From contig NC_045707.1 in the NCBI RefSeq assembly GCF_009834535.1, forward strand, positions 55,678,001 through 55,742,000: 64,000 nucleotides of DNA. Direction: 5' to 3'. Below are positions 1-13,980 of the stretch, piece by piece. Origin of the DNA: Camelus ferus (taxonomy: Eukaryota). Under the pieces are notes generated by a model that made no database searches, was not told the DNA's origin, and saw only the letters and a program-made list of their open reading frames with translations. A program made the translations under genes and the position numbers. Each line of letters opens with the position of its first letter. The stretch's first letter is position 1.

Positions 1-1449
1 CTAACCTAATCTTACCTAACCCAGTTCTCTCTGTGTATGCAGCCCACTACCAGATCAGCTCTCTCCAGATCCTGGCTGTATATACTACCACTCAGTCACA
101 CCTGTTCCCTGCTGACTTCCTCAACTGGGTTTTCTAGACTTTATAGTGATTCTTTTTATGATTCTTTCCTTTCTAAATTAAGTTGAATTTGTTTCTGTTA
201 CTTGCAACTAAGAATCTTATTAAAACAGCCAAGGCAACAAGGAGAATTCTGAGACATTATAGTTGTTATGGATTTTCTCATCTTTTCCAGGACTGCAAGT
301 ATGTTTTATGCAGCAGTGATGTCCGATGGGGTCCTTGCACATAGTAGATGCTAAAAAAGCAGCTGTTCAATGACTAAGTAAATTCTCTCATTCAGGAAAG
401 TTGATACCCACTAGCGAGTATGGGAACCAGTCTGTGATACAGCTTCATCATGGGGAAAATCAGGAACAGAGATCCTGGAAGCAGCTGGAGAAACTCATTA
501 TGTACTTAAATACTAGTTGGGGAAAAAAAAAATCTGAAGATTTAGAAATGGTCATGGAAGAAGGAAACAAAATGGCCCCGTAAGTAAAAAAGCTGTGTGT
601 TTCCAGGTGTTAGAAAGATTACAGGAGTGAGGAATAGCTAAGAAAATCAATGCAGCAAAATTTTCAAGTCATGGTTCTATGATTAGTTAGAACACTCAGT
701 AAATACATCTCTCCACCTCTGCAGAATATTATCTTATGGTCAGTGCCCACTGAAATACATTTAGCCCCAACTCATTATTTTTACCTTGGGGGAATCTTGC
801 CTGGCCCTCCACACTGCTCTATCTTTTTCAAACTTATTTCTTCTCAGCCTATTCGTTTTTGTAATGTTACGGTCCAATGTCTAATCGAGGCTCGCATTTG
901 TCAGGTCACTTTTATTTTTAAGCTCAACCTTTCAAAGTAAGAATGTCAGGGTATTTTCATTTTTAACTTCTTTCAAGGTTCACAAACTACTGGGAGTTTC
1001 TGGATTCTTTTCTCCTTGGAGAGTTTATTTTTAATTTACTCATCTTGTTTTAATTAAAAATGCTCATATTTTTTCAAAAAATTGGACAGCGTATCTCTCA
1101 GTAGTTAGCCCAATAAAATCAAGAAATCCAAGTATTCATTCCTTTCCCCTTCAAAGACTGAAAAACAGTACAAACAGCAAATGTGGAGTCCAAAGATGCA
1201 ACTATTGGCATTAGAGAGGAGTGTTAGATTTTAAGGGACAGGCAGCCGAAAGTGTGCATATGGAAACTAAGAACATATTCTGTATGTTACTTTATCAATA
1301 AGATATCACAGTATTAATCCAATCCAATCACTGTATTACCCCAATGAATTATCATATATTTACCCTGGATTTAAAGTAATCTATATAGCCACTAGTTTGC
1401 TTATTCAAAATTAATAGTCTCCTTTCTTCTCTCCTTCTTTCTTTCCTTC

Positions 1450-2610
1450 CCTAACAACTCAGACAAAGAGCCATTAGGGAGTCCCGATCAAGGAAGGAGA
1501 AAAGCCTGACAGGGGTTGAGGCCATGGGAACTTCCAAGGGGAATACAGTCCACTGGGATTGGGATTGGAGAATTGAACAAATAAATTGAGTTTTCTCACT
1601 GAAAGAGAAAGAAGGCCTAAGTACAAAAAGAGGGAGCCCAAATGATACCTAGATGTGTATCACTGGCTCCGGAAAGTGCGAGGGTCTGGGAACAGTGAAA
1701 CCCGCTAGCAATCAGCACACGTACCCCTAAGACCTGCTAGGGCTCCTTGGATTAAAGAACTAGGGCAAGAGAATTACAAAATAAGCCTGAAAAATGTTGC
1801 ACCAGAAATTATGAAAATGCACAAAGAGTGATGGAATCAAGTCAGACAGACACAAAAGCTAGCTTGTCCCCATTCGCATAATCTGGGAGAATTTTGTATC
1901 AAAAGACCTACTGACAGTAACAAATTATATCCCACTGAATAAAATAAGAATCCATAAGTCCACACAGAAATAAACAGACAGATAGATGGATAGATAGATA
2001 GCAAAGTCTTCCACACAGTAAAATGGCATAGAAGAAATGATGAAACTTGAAAAATTACCATTTATCAACCATAATCATAGTAATTAATTTAGGCAAGAAT
2101 CAATAAAACTAGTGGGTGAAAGCTGAATGAAGAATAGGCTATTTATGTAAAGAATCTCTACACAAAACACATACTAATTATAAAAGAGAAAAGAGTAGCT
2201 TTCCAGTGGAGAAATCTGGAAGACATCACCTTATTCAGGAGATCAAGGTTAAGGTCACCAGCGATGGGACAAACCACCCAAAGAGCCACCTGACAGATGG
2301 TACTGAAACAGGCACAGAATCACCACTATGACCTGAATCTAATGAAAGGAAACAGGAGACAACGCCAAAGTCTACAAAATACTTGGCCTGCAATCTTCAA
2401 ATATCTTAAGGCCATGAAGGTCAAGGAAAGAATGAGGAACAGTCCCAGATAAGACAACTACATTCAACACGTGACCCTGGATTGGATCCTTTTGCTATAA
2501 AAGACTTTACTGTAACAGTTGGTGAAACTCTTTTATGAATAAGCATTTTATGGGAGTTTTCTTTACTGTTCTTAGAACTTTTTCTAAAAGTGTAAAATTA
2601 TTGCAAAATA
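1450..2610 (+). mobile_element. Old L1 (L1MC-like) 3' UTR fragment
   Basis: Motifs such as CCAGTGGAGAAATCTGGAAGACATCACCTTA..GATCAAGGTTAAGGTCACCAG..GATGGGACAAA and GACCCTGGATTGGATCCT resemble L1MC/L1ME 3' ends; (GATA)n at ~1975-2000; boundaries approximate. Confidence 0.65.
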
Positions 2611-5600
2611 CAAAGTCTAACTTCATCATGTTTTATGGACGAGGAAGTAAAGGCAAAATGTCTGCCAATGTCAAAAAGCAAGTTAGCATCCAAGCAGCCA
2701 CTACAATTCCAAATTACCATTCCAGTATTCTCTTCACTCTTCCCTCCATCCTCAAGTAGAAAAAGAGTATCAACCCATAAGGTCAGGAGCTTCGTCGTCT
2801 GCTCTGCTGAATCTAAGTGCCTACAATCGTGGTAGGCTCCTATCTGATCAAAAATATCACTGTAGTTTGGAATACTCTGGACTATAAGCAATGCTTTTAA
2901 TCCCCATTTCCAAATTGATATTCTGATTATAATCAAGCAATATGGAAAAATGCTCTCTGCTCTTCTCTGCCTATGAACCTCTGAAAACTAAGACATAAAA
3001 AAGGAATTTTTCAGGAAGCAGAAGTAGATCATGTAAACAGTAAAATGGCCTATTGAATTTTCTCTATTCTCACTCATACCTCTAAAAGCTGCACCAGTCC
3101 ATTCAGGCACTCACAATAAATGTCACTCTTTGCCCTTTATAATCTGCTGTGACCTCCAAGAGTGCCTGTAGACAGGTTAGTTTTCTCATTCCTTATAGGA
3201 GAATAATATCTAACAACCACACAGTCTTACAAATGCTTTATGCTAACTCTCATACAATTATAAAACTAAAACAAACTCATCAATTAAGCATGCAAAACAG
3301 CAAATAACCATTAAAATTAAGTTGATAGTATCATTTAATGTCATAGATCATGTCGTATTCCTGACACGGTATCAGGAATTTTGAATTTTAAAGTAGAAAG
3401 GTGTACATATGAGTTGCATTGGTTGCCTGTCAACTTGATTCTTTAATTTGGGGCAAGAGAGACCGTCTATCCAAAATACCAATGCTGCCTAATGAAAATT
3501 TTTCTGGTGAGTATTTATGGCTCACGATGGTAATTTACTGCTCCATTCACTCATTTAACAAATATTTATTGAGTGTCAGTCACTCTCTTAATTAATGAAA
3601 CTGTTGCCCAAAAAAGTACATACAGAAACGGAATGTGATAAGACAATTGCTGAAAAGCTGAGTAGGGCCAGCTCAGGGTCTTTTTGAGTAGGGAGCTTAG
3701 AGCATCCACCGCTTTTATCCAACTATTGCAGAAACTTTATTGACACAGTGCTTCTTAGTCAATTAGCTTCTTTTTTATTGGGATTTTTTTTTTGAGCCTA
3801 CAAACAAAACAAATCCTTGGTTGCCATGACACTCAATTATATTTTAGACTTAATTATGGCATATATACGATATAAAATATAAATGCATCTTATTTATCCT
3901 TTAAGTTTTAGCATTTTAACACAGGACATAATATATTATTGATAATAAGCACTTATTGAATTAAATAATGGAATGAATAAATGTTTGTGTCTCCCCTAGA
4001 GCTCCAATTTTTTAATTAAAATAGTATATTTAACCAAGCAGAAAGGCTGTCATCATACGGCTGTTTTTGTTAATGCTTGCAAACATAAGTGAAGAATCAC
4101 ACTGCTGTGTGGTCACCACTCTTGTGACTCTGGAAAAGTTTTTAAGGATGCAGGAAATCTTAACGTTTTGCTAATTTATTGTAATTGGAGGAGGATTCCA
4201 CATTGGATGGGACTGCTAATTTAGAAAGATCCCTTCCATGGTTTATCCAGCTTGTCTTTCCCTAGATGCCAAAAAAGCACAGAAAACAGTCAACTCAGAG
4301 GGAGCTGTGTGCCCAGAGTAAAAGGACTCATAAAATCTTGACACAATTTAAACTAAAAGGGAGACAGTAACAGATGATATTTTAAAGTCTAAAATAAATC
4401 ATTGCCCACAGTATGGAGAAAACACAGTTTCAAATGTAATTATGTATTTTGCATCAATAAGTCAATTATCCATGTTATAGTAGTCATAAGACAAGAAAGA
4501 GATTCTTCTCCATCCAGATGACTCACTTCATTAAAAGGAAAACCTCTTTCAGAAGAGGTTAAGGTTTTGAAAAATAAGCGCACTTTAAGGCTTTGTCTGC
4601 ACTTAGAGTGGAACCAGTAGCTACTCTTCAACGAATACTAATCAGATTTGTGTATAAACCGTGTGCACTCCAATTTCTGGCAGTTGGGTGATCAAACATG
4701 TTCCTGTAGATTCTACATTTCTTTGGAGTGTTGGGGTTGGGGCAGGGGAGGGTGGGAAGGGATGAAATGGCCACGGTGGAAAGATAAGGTTGCACTTTAT
4801 CTACCCCAATGTGTTTTTGTAAGTATCACCTCCCATAATGCCATCCTGTAAGAGCTCAATTTATGTAGACACTGTATTTTGATGATCAAAGCACAGGATT
4901 TCTCCCTTCCTCCCCTATGTTGTTACAAGCGGTGAAGTTAGAGTAGGAGAGGAGTCACTTTTCATGGTTTGTTGTATTTGAAATGCCAATACGGACTCGA
5001 GTAAAATTTTTAGAAATCAAAGTCATGTTTATCTTTTCTCTTTGTGATATCTAAGTGTTAATCCAAGGATGGCTGTAAGTTAACCTCCTGAGTCACTGAA
5101 CACTGATTATATATATACGGTAGTTAATTAAAACAGTTTCTTTTACTCACAGGAAGACAGAATAAGAGAATCAGCCCAGGCCTCCGACTTGTCACAGGAG
5201 CGTAACTAAACCAGCCAAGGCAGGTGGTTATACGTTTGCTTCCTTCTCGTGTTACCCTGGGCTTTTCCTTCTTTAATGTGAATTTTTACTGTCTTACTCT
5301 ACTGTTACTCTCTTTTTTTTAGCTTTACTGAGGTATCACTGACAAATAAAATATTCTACTGTATTCTTACTGCAAACATACCCAAACAATTTCTAGAAGC
5401 AGATGAAATGTAAAAAATAAAATAAAGAATAGCTTTTAAGCTATCTTTTGGACAGTGCACTTACTTGTTTCTAAAAGTACCTTTATTAAGCTTCTACTTT
5501 GTGTCAGATACATTCCTGCATTTCTACTTCCTCTCTCAAAAAACAGGAAATCAGAGATTAAAATCAGTTTTTCATTTCACAAAATTTTGAAAAAAAGTTT

Positions 5601-6799
5601 AATTGGACTGTAAATTTTAATCAGAAAATTACATAAATATATAATCATGGTTTTTTTTACTACTACAGAGGAGAGTTATACACTACAAGATAGTTTAGTA
5701 TCATACCAGTTATGTTAAAACTGGACAAGAGAAGAATAAAATGACATCAATATTTCCATTATCAGAATATTTTTGAGCACTGCTCATTCAACCAATGGCC
5801 AGACTAGGTAGCTTCTGTATCTTTTACATGTGTGATTTTAAGTCCAACCTCTCATTTACTTCAGTTTAGGTTCTTACCTGGATGAACACAATGGCTAACC
5901 TAAATGCCTTCGGACTGTTTCAAACCATTTCTATCGGAGTTACTATCATTAAAAAGCGTTACTTTCATAAAGTACAATTTTGATCATGACATCGAAGAAA
6001 AAATGGCAACGAGCTGACAATTTTTGAAGCTGAGTAATATGTAAATGGAAGTTCATTATCACATAATCAAAATTTGCATATATTAGACTTCTCATAAAAA
6101 AGAATTGTAAAACCACTTTACCTGATAACTACGGGATGAAACAGAAACAATTCTGTATTACACACAGTGTTTCTCAGATATGTACTGAGGCTAAAAGCTT
6201 TGCCTGGAATCAAACAGAACCAGCCATTTTATATCCTAATTTCAATTCCTAACAGCATCCTGATTACTCACATTAGTAAATCAAATTTCAACTTTTCCAT
6301 AGAGAAAAATTAATCACTGAAGGGAAAACAGAAATAAGGAAGAACAGCAAAAGAAGAAGCCAAACAGAGTTTCTATTTCTCTTTCTATTTCAGTCCATGT
6401 GAATGTTGAGATGAATTATTTAAACTTTGAGAATGGTCTCCCCATGAATCAAATTATAGTTATCATTTATTCCAAATACCAGTGAAAATTCTTCCTACAG
6501 TGGTGCCATTAGGTAAGTGCAAGTTAAAGTTAAATAAAACAAAAGTGAAACAAGTTGGTAAAAGAAACTGAACAAAATCTTGCCAACTGGCACATGTTCA
6601 GAAGATGTCTAAAACATACTAAGAAGAACAAGTCAAAATTTTGATAATATGCTCAAATAGCACCAATCATCTGCCTACAAGAACATAAATATCGCTGACT
6701 CTTTGTCTTAACAAACCTTCAATGATCCTTCTTTAGCCTGGTTCTGATGACCTATAAATGACCTTGTAAGATTGCTAAAGATAGTCAACAATAATAATG

Positions 6800-7312
6800 G
6801 ACCTTCATTTTTGCCTCCAGTCCCTCTTCTAATAATAACATCTCAAATTTCCTTTAAGAAGCAATCCCTCCTTGACTTTTAGCCCATCAAATTCAGGTGG
6901 GACTATTACTACCCTCTTCTTGATGTAAGTCTGACCAATCAGTGAATCCCACCCCACGGGCTCCACCAATCAGCTCAGGGACAACATTTATCACAGGTCA
7001 TCCCAAGACTTGTGCAGCATCTATTGGGAAAGATAATGTTTCTTTCCATGGAGGTTAATAAGCTATAAGTGTGTGAGTCTGAAGCTACCAGAAGCCACTG
7101 TGGGAAAGGTTTGAGAGGTGGGAGTGTTGGGGATAAGCCACAGTGAGAAGGAATCCAACACAGGGACGCAAAGAGAAGAACGTATTATATAAGCTCTTTG
7201 AAGAACCTGAACTCAGCTGTCCTAGGTTGCACTCCCCTGAAACCCTCCTACTACATGAGCCTGTAAGTGTGTCAGTGAGTCTGGTTTCTGTACCTTATTA
7301 ACAGAATCCTGA
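6800..7312 (+). mobile_element. MaLR LTR (MLT1K/J-like), degenerate
   Basis: GACCAATCAG, GAAGCTACCAGAAGCCACTGTGGGAAAG and terminal GGTTTCTGTACCTT..ACAGAATCCTGA typical of old MLT1 LTRs. Confidence 0.55.
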
Positions 7313-7334
7313 TCACCAAATTGTTCTATGGCTC

Positions 7335-7470
7335 ATTATGCCTTTGTTTTCTTATCTGCAAAATTAGTAAACTACTTCTTTTGAGAGAAGTAAATGAATG
7401 AATACATTTAAGGCCTTATTATAGTACTTGTGTACAGTAAGTACTTAATAATACTACATGTAATTATTAT
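7335..7470 (+). mobile_element. MIR SINE fragment
   Basis: Core-like GCCTTTGTTTTCTTATCTGCAAAAT and tail ACAGTAAGTACTTAATAA. Confidence 0.55.
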
Positions 7471-7899
7471 AGTTATTATTTTTAAAATATTTATATATTT
7501 TAAATATATATATAAATATTTTAAACTATATAAATATTTTAAATACAACAGACTCTAAATATAGATGAACGATGGCTTTGCCTGTTACAGCATCAGCTCT
7601 AGTGAGCCCTAAATATGCGTGCAGTGCAATCACTTCATATTTCGAACACACAGAGAAGCAGTCCCATGACTTCACCAAGTTTAAAACTTCGAATAATTGA
7701 CTCCAGTAGAATTTCTGTTTATTGAGATTGAACAACTGCATTTCACAAAAATTAAAGAAAATCACTTCTGATGACCCTGGAAGTTACTTTTAACTTTATG
7801 AGCGACGTCTGTCTGTTCTTTGCCAGACTCCCTGCTATTGCCTTCAAGTGCAGTTCACTCTCTCACACTCCCAATCCCATCCCCATACCCTCTGTTATT

Positions 7900-8655
7900 T
7901 CTCTACCTACTGACGTGTAATAGATCATGTATTTATTTTTACATTAGCTTCCTGAGTGTAGGGATCTTTTCTTTTTTATTCACTCATGTATCTTCATTCC
8001 TAGAGTAGGTATACATTAGATAGTAAGCAAATATTCCTGAATAAATGAATTTTCTCCCTGCTGCTTCTCATATCTTCCAAAAGTCTCCTCTCAACACAGC
8101 AGCTAGGCAATAACCTCTAAATTTAATTCAGGTCATTAGCGCTCAAAACCTTCTAAGAACTTCTTTCTATAGTTAGACTAAAGTCCAAAATCCATGTGAG
8201 GCTCTAGATGACCTGGCCCTTTGCCACCATCTATAATTACCTTTTGCTTTTCCTCTTTCTCATTCCTCACCAGTCACAGGGGCTCCTGGCTGTTTTTTGA
8301 GCACACCCAGAATGTTTCACACCCATTCAGGGCCTTTGCACTTTCTCTTCCCTTAGCCCAGAATGCTCTTCCACAAAGATACTCACATGATTTTACTCGA
8401 GATTTTGCCCTAAGGTTCTCCTTGAAGAGGACTTGTCAATCCGACTACCTGTAATAGCACAACCTCCTGCCATCTTCTGGTCTTTACGACGGTTGTTTCT
8501 ACTTGATTTTACTCACAGCACATCACTAATTGACACATGTATTTACATTTATTATGCGGCCTTCCTACCAGAACATAAATTCCTTGAGGGCAGAGACTTT
8601 TTCTGGTATTTAACAATAAACAGAGCAAGAAACACATTGAACATTTACTTGTATA
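7900..8655 (+). mobile_element. L2 LINE 3' fragments
   Basis: GCTCAAAACCTTCT..AAAGTCCAAAATCC..GACCTGGCCC, CAGGGCCTTTGCACTT..CCAGAATGCTCTTCC and TAAATTCCTTGAGGGCAGAGAC are hallmark L2 3' motifs. Confidence 0.7.
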
Positions 8656-9169
8656 GGCACCCTCATAAAGATCAGTCCAGTTGTCTTGGAAATAAAGTCT
8701 ACCGGTAAGACTTAGACAGATTAGGTAGAATATAGCACCTGAGATATTATTTTTTCCTCTTTTGGTAAATTTTTCCCCATGTTAAGAACTATTAAAGCAA
8801 ATATTTCAGTCTCTCCCCAAAAATACAACAAAGAGAAAACTTCATCTTTTTGAAACTTTGCTGTACCTTCTATATTAACTGAAGGAAGTAAATCTTAGAG
8901 CTATTGTGATAGAAATTAATAATCTTCCTTGTGACTCTAATTACCTAACACAATACAACACACAATTTAATGGCTAATGAGTCTGAATTTATTTCAGATC
9001 TCCATGATTTTAAAATATGAAAGGCATACAAGCATTCTTCACTCCCCCTTCCCCATTTTCCACGTAGTGGGGCTTTATCCTTACCCTTTATTCATTTTTC
9101 TGCAGGGAGGAGCAATCATTCATTTGGTAGGTTTAGCAGAAGTGGCCCATCGTGTTCTCCTCCCCCACC

Positions 9170-9251
9170 TTAAATGGAGGCAGTGGAGATTGAACCCAGC
9201 ACCTCTTGCACACCAAGCATGCACTCTACCACTGAGCTACACCTGCCACCC
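9170..9251 (-). mobile_element. tRNA-derived SINE (camelid-type), head region
   Basis: Minus strand reads GGGTGGCAGGTGTAGCTCAGTGGTAGAGTGCATGCTTGG..GGGTTCAATCTCCACTGCCTCCA, with Pol III A box (TAGCTCAGTGG) and B box (GGTTCAATC); paralog at 56302-56429. Confidence 0.8.
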
Positions 9252-10335
9252 TACTATGCTTCTTAATCTCTCTCTTCTCTTCCTGAAAGGCAGCTGTCTA
9301 CAGGAAGCACATAATCACTGCTTTCCCTTCGCCTAAATTTTACACAATCAGGTGTCCAGAGAGGAGGTCAATGGCTTTTTAGCAATGTCTGTAACTTTGT
9401 AGGTAGGTTAAACTCACACATGAAATAACAGCGGGATTTCTTTGTTACAGGCCAAGCCACATTTTTCCAAACATGATTTCTAGGTGCAATTCTCATGTCT
9501 GTTTCTCAGGTGCTTCCAAATACAAGCAGAGAGGGATGTGTTATGCCTTGACCTACCAAGACACCAACAACCACATCAATCTCCTTTTCAATTTGATAAA
9601 TGGTATGGCAGTTGAATTAAAAATATTTGCATGTATTTTTTTTTTTAGGAAAGTACTATAACCTTAAGATATTTAATTAATTTTTCCCTAATGTTCTGTT
9701 TTTTTTTCTTTTATAAAGGTTCAAAAGCATTTTAATACAATAATGAAAATTAGAATACATTTATATAATGAATCAAAGACAGGCTTTGGTATTGTAGAGT
9801 GTAGTCTCTTTAAAGACTGTCTTTCTTTTCTTTTGACTATTATGGGTTGTCAACCTCCATTCAGAAAAGAATAAAAAGCATTGCTCCCTTGAAATTCCCA
9901 TCTCACCTTGCCTAACCTTGAAGTCTCACATCCCTCATAACCAATCAGTGTGATAAATGACACCCAGCCTAGCTGACTTTTACTAGAATTTCAATTAATC
10001 ATAGCTTAAATTCTATGATTCTCTCAGTCCCTTCTCACCCCGTCTCCCAGAAAATTTGAGATACCTCGATAATGTTTAAAAGCTGAATTTTTTATGGGTA
10101 TTTTCACAGTCATCTCAATAAGCCTGTCTACTATTTTCAAAGTAGAAGTGTGTCTGGAATTTACTGCTTATTGAAAGAAGAATCAACTCTATAAGGATTA
10201 ATTATAAAATAAGTAATATATAACAAACCTTCCCCAAAAGGAGGGAAGGGAGGGGGAGTGGCCTGCAACGAATGACCTTGATAGCAGACTGACAGTAAAA
10301 GCTCTCAAGAAATTACAAAGCATCAAATTTCGAAC

Positions 10336-10807
10336 TGTAACCAACTGAGCAGGACCCTCTGGGTCCTTCCTGAGACAGCCCCCTCCCCCATATGCTCTGC
10401 TGCAGCTCCTCTCTGATGTGCCCAGATAATAGTATCTCATGTCTATTTCCTGAGTTTTTCAGATGCTAAAAACCACAACCAAAGGGAAAAAATTAACTCC
10501 TTGATGATCAAGAGCTTGTGGCCCCCAGACCTTCTGGCCCCTAGGGGTTGATAGCATTGACCACTGTTCCCTCAACAACCAATCAGAGAATTGTGCATGA
10601 GCTGATCACACACCCTACCACCCCCTCCCTTAACTGACCTTTAAATATGCTTTGCTGAAACTCTTCTTCCAGGTGGTTTTCTAGGGCACGGGCCTCCCGG
10701 TCCTCCTTGCTCGGCCCTGTAATAAACCTTTCTCTGCTCCAAACTCCGATGTTTCAGTTTCTTTGTTCTCACGGTGCATTGGGCACACAAACTTGCATTA
10801 GGTAACA
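10336..10807 (+). mobile_element. ERV1-type solo LTR, family A copy 1
   Basis: TGTAAC...GGTAACA termini, CCAAT, TTTAAAT TATA-like box, AATAAA near 3' end; colinear with 16879-17354. Confidence 0.85.
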
Positions 10808-13199
10808 AATCCAAAATCTGTAAGAAATGGAACAGAAAACTAAATATACATATATATATATATAATGTCTTTTAGGGACTAGTACATATATGAATGTAAT
10901 TTTAAAATGTATATTTTTTATGAAAGACTTTACTACTAGATTAAATTGTGAAACGACAGTTTGGTAGTAAGAACCAATAGGTTCTTACAAGAGAGTGGAT
11001 GTATGGTATATATCTTGAGATTTTGCTCTTCTTACCAGAAAAATATTCAAATTTTGTATTGAGTTTGATTCCCCTCCTAACCCACCACCCATGAAAACCT
11101 TGATTTGCCAGAACCCAGGAGAGAATAAGTATTTCAAGATTCAATGTTATCTTAATGACAGTTCACATGTATCAGAATTCATGTGTACAAATGATTTACA
11201 AAATGATACAGATGTGAATAGATAAGAACAAAATTTTTTTTACTCAAAAATTTAGCAAAATTAAAACATGTAAAATCTAAAAATTATAGGGCAAACATCC
11301 ATGCTTAATAAGTAGAAATAATTTTATGCTTGACAAATGAATAAATACTTGGAATACATAGAAACATGGATTGATGAATAAAGTAAATAAACTGCATTTA
11401 GTAACAGATTACTAAAAGCTGAAGAATTTTTTTTGTTACAATATTTTGTGCAGGGGGTTGTAGAGAGATAAAGAAATAGATATACAAAGCATATTTGATT
11501 ATCTCTCTAAATACAAAAAAGTAACTTGAACTGCCCTAATAAAAATGGTACCCACAATTTATATGCCCATCATATATCTTACATATTTATCTACTTTATG
11601 AAAACTATCATGGTTTAATAAATTATTTTTTGCATAGTTGAAAGTTTTTCTCTAATGTGCATGATGTTCTACAGAAAAGATTCCAACTTTTAATTTTTAA
11701 ATGTCTGTTCAAAATGCTGTGACCAGGATATATAGAACTTTCCACCCATATGAATCAGTCTCTCATAGAAATAGAAAAAAAGAATCATGTGTTAGTGCTT
11801 GCTTTATACTCACATAGCAACTGGAATAATTTACATTTTTCATATCATACACTGGCTTGCTCTCAAATTATTTTCCTCTCATGAACATATCTCAAAAGAG
11901 CATCATAAAAGTTTGTAAGATCTTATCCAAACATTTTCCTAATTTAATATTATAGATGTCATTGATACACTGGGTTATAAAATACAGACTTTCCCAAAGG
12001 AGTGAAGTTATTAATAATCAAAGAAAAAATAACCAAAACCAAATTATAAAAGCAGCATTTGAACCCGGGAAGATTATATCCAATAGCAATATTCATCACT
12101 ATCAACTTAAAAAACTGGCTGCAAATGTTAACCGCAACTTCCACCCTTAAATGGGCGCCAATTTGCTATTTTAACCCTTCTCCTTGGTTTGCAGTGGATT
12201 ATGAGGCTACAGATAAATTCAATGAATAAAGATGTATTAAACTAATGAAGCTTTAGATTTCTGTTTTACTATATTGAATTATTTCATAAAAGTATAAATT
12301 TATGCAAAATATGTAATAAAAAACTCATAGCATAGGTCAGAGGCAACATCTAGTTTTCCTGTCAAGGCCTATGCAGTGTATAAAAATTGCCTTTACCATG
12401 ACAAACTATAAACTATCTGCCAGTTTCACTTTTTACGCTTGGTAGAGCCACTGTGAGTCTGATAGAAGCAATAAACTACTTTATACTGTTATTTAAAAAA
12501 CACCTACTTGAAATTTAGTTTTTTCATAACTGCCTCAGACATTAGCTCATCCTGACCTCCCAAGGGCCCTGGAAAGTAAATAAGGTGTATGTTTTTATTC
12601 CAACATCAGAGGTTAGGAAACAAACCAACTTATAATAACTGTCTAGATGGGGCCATTTAGTCAAGTGTTCACACAAGGATGATAGCACTCCTCTGTATGT
12701 CTACATTCATTCTCAGTTCAAGAATTCCTGCGATTTTGTACTCTAGCTTTAAAAATGTCATACACATCAAGGGTCTGGAGTTAGGTTTAAATGTTTCTAG
12801 TCTGTTACTCTTTCTGGTCAGATATGACATATCTAGCCTGAAGTGCTGCTTTCTAATCTGTGTACCTCCTAGTATTTTAGGAAAGGCAGCCTTAAATACA
12901 GATATTTGCACGCCAGTATATGTTTTCTCTCAGTGAGTCACTGGGGTTTTGTGACCAAGAGACGAGCCCTGTCCCTCCTGACCCCGTCCTTTTGTCCCTC
13001 TTATGCCATGTTTGCATATATATATGACATAATATCTTATATCCTTTTGCCAAGCTGCTTTTTTCATTGAAAGTCAAATGCAACCACAATTTCCTCACTC
13101 TTTCCCTGTATATTCTACTTTCCTCCAAAATTACTCCCCTAGTACCCACCCAAATCCACACAGTAATGCATTATTCTTAAATTTCTCAGCCTATACATG

Positions 13200-13315
13200 G
13201 GCATGGGTTAGTAGCAGAGGAGAAAGAGCACTGGACCAAGAATCAGGCCCCCTAGTTCTGCCCCTAATTAGCACTGAGACACTTGCCAAGTGCCTCAGAG
13301 TCTCAGTTCCAGAGG
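13200..13315 (+). mobile_element. MIR/MIR3 SINE fragment
   Basis: GAAAGAGCACTGGACCAAGAATCAGG..AGTTCT..CTTGCCAAGT..TCTCAGTT. Confidence 0.55.
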
Positions 13316-13980
13316 GGATTCAGCCAGGTAAGCACTAGCACGTCTAGCGCTAACATTTTGTAATTATTCAAGATAAAAAGAAATTGCTTATAGAATATGT
13401 GTTATTTACTTAAAATACATAAAAATAAGATTAAGAAAAAGCAGAGTGCAGGGTGTTGGTAAAAATAAGATTCTCAGATCGAAAGTCTGTTTTTGCCACT
13501 CCATTTATCAATCAGAAGTTTCCATCAACATTTTATCAAACCTTAAGTATAATTCGAAACACATATCCTAAGTAGCTTTAAACTGATGGTTCTAACTGGA
13601 AAATTTTAACAAAGCAATAACATACACCCATTTGAAATAGATAATATTATCTATTTTAGTAGCTATCTCTACATCCACATCATTAATGAATAAAATTTAT
13701 GTTTTGATTGTTGTTCTTTTACTTCACTACAACAAAGCTTGGGTAGATCTTCGACCAAGTTGAATTTTCAAAGTCTGAATATAATCTCTTTAGCATATGC
13801 AAAATTCTCTTGGGACATCTATGTGAGGCACCCTCAAATGATGGGCAGTCCTTCAGAGCACTTAGGTATGTCAAGGGTAGTACATACAAACTATCAGTCA
13901 ATATGTACCATTCATACATTTTAAGTCAGAGAAAACAAGACAGTTTTAAATGAGAGAATCAAGTCAAAATTATAAGGGCA

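Noticed and set aside
9170..9251. tRNA gene
   Set aside because: Has A/B boxes but no clean acceptor or anticodon stems; the paralog at 56302 has a tail and TSD, so it is a SINE.
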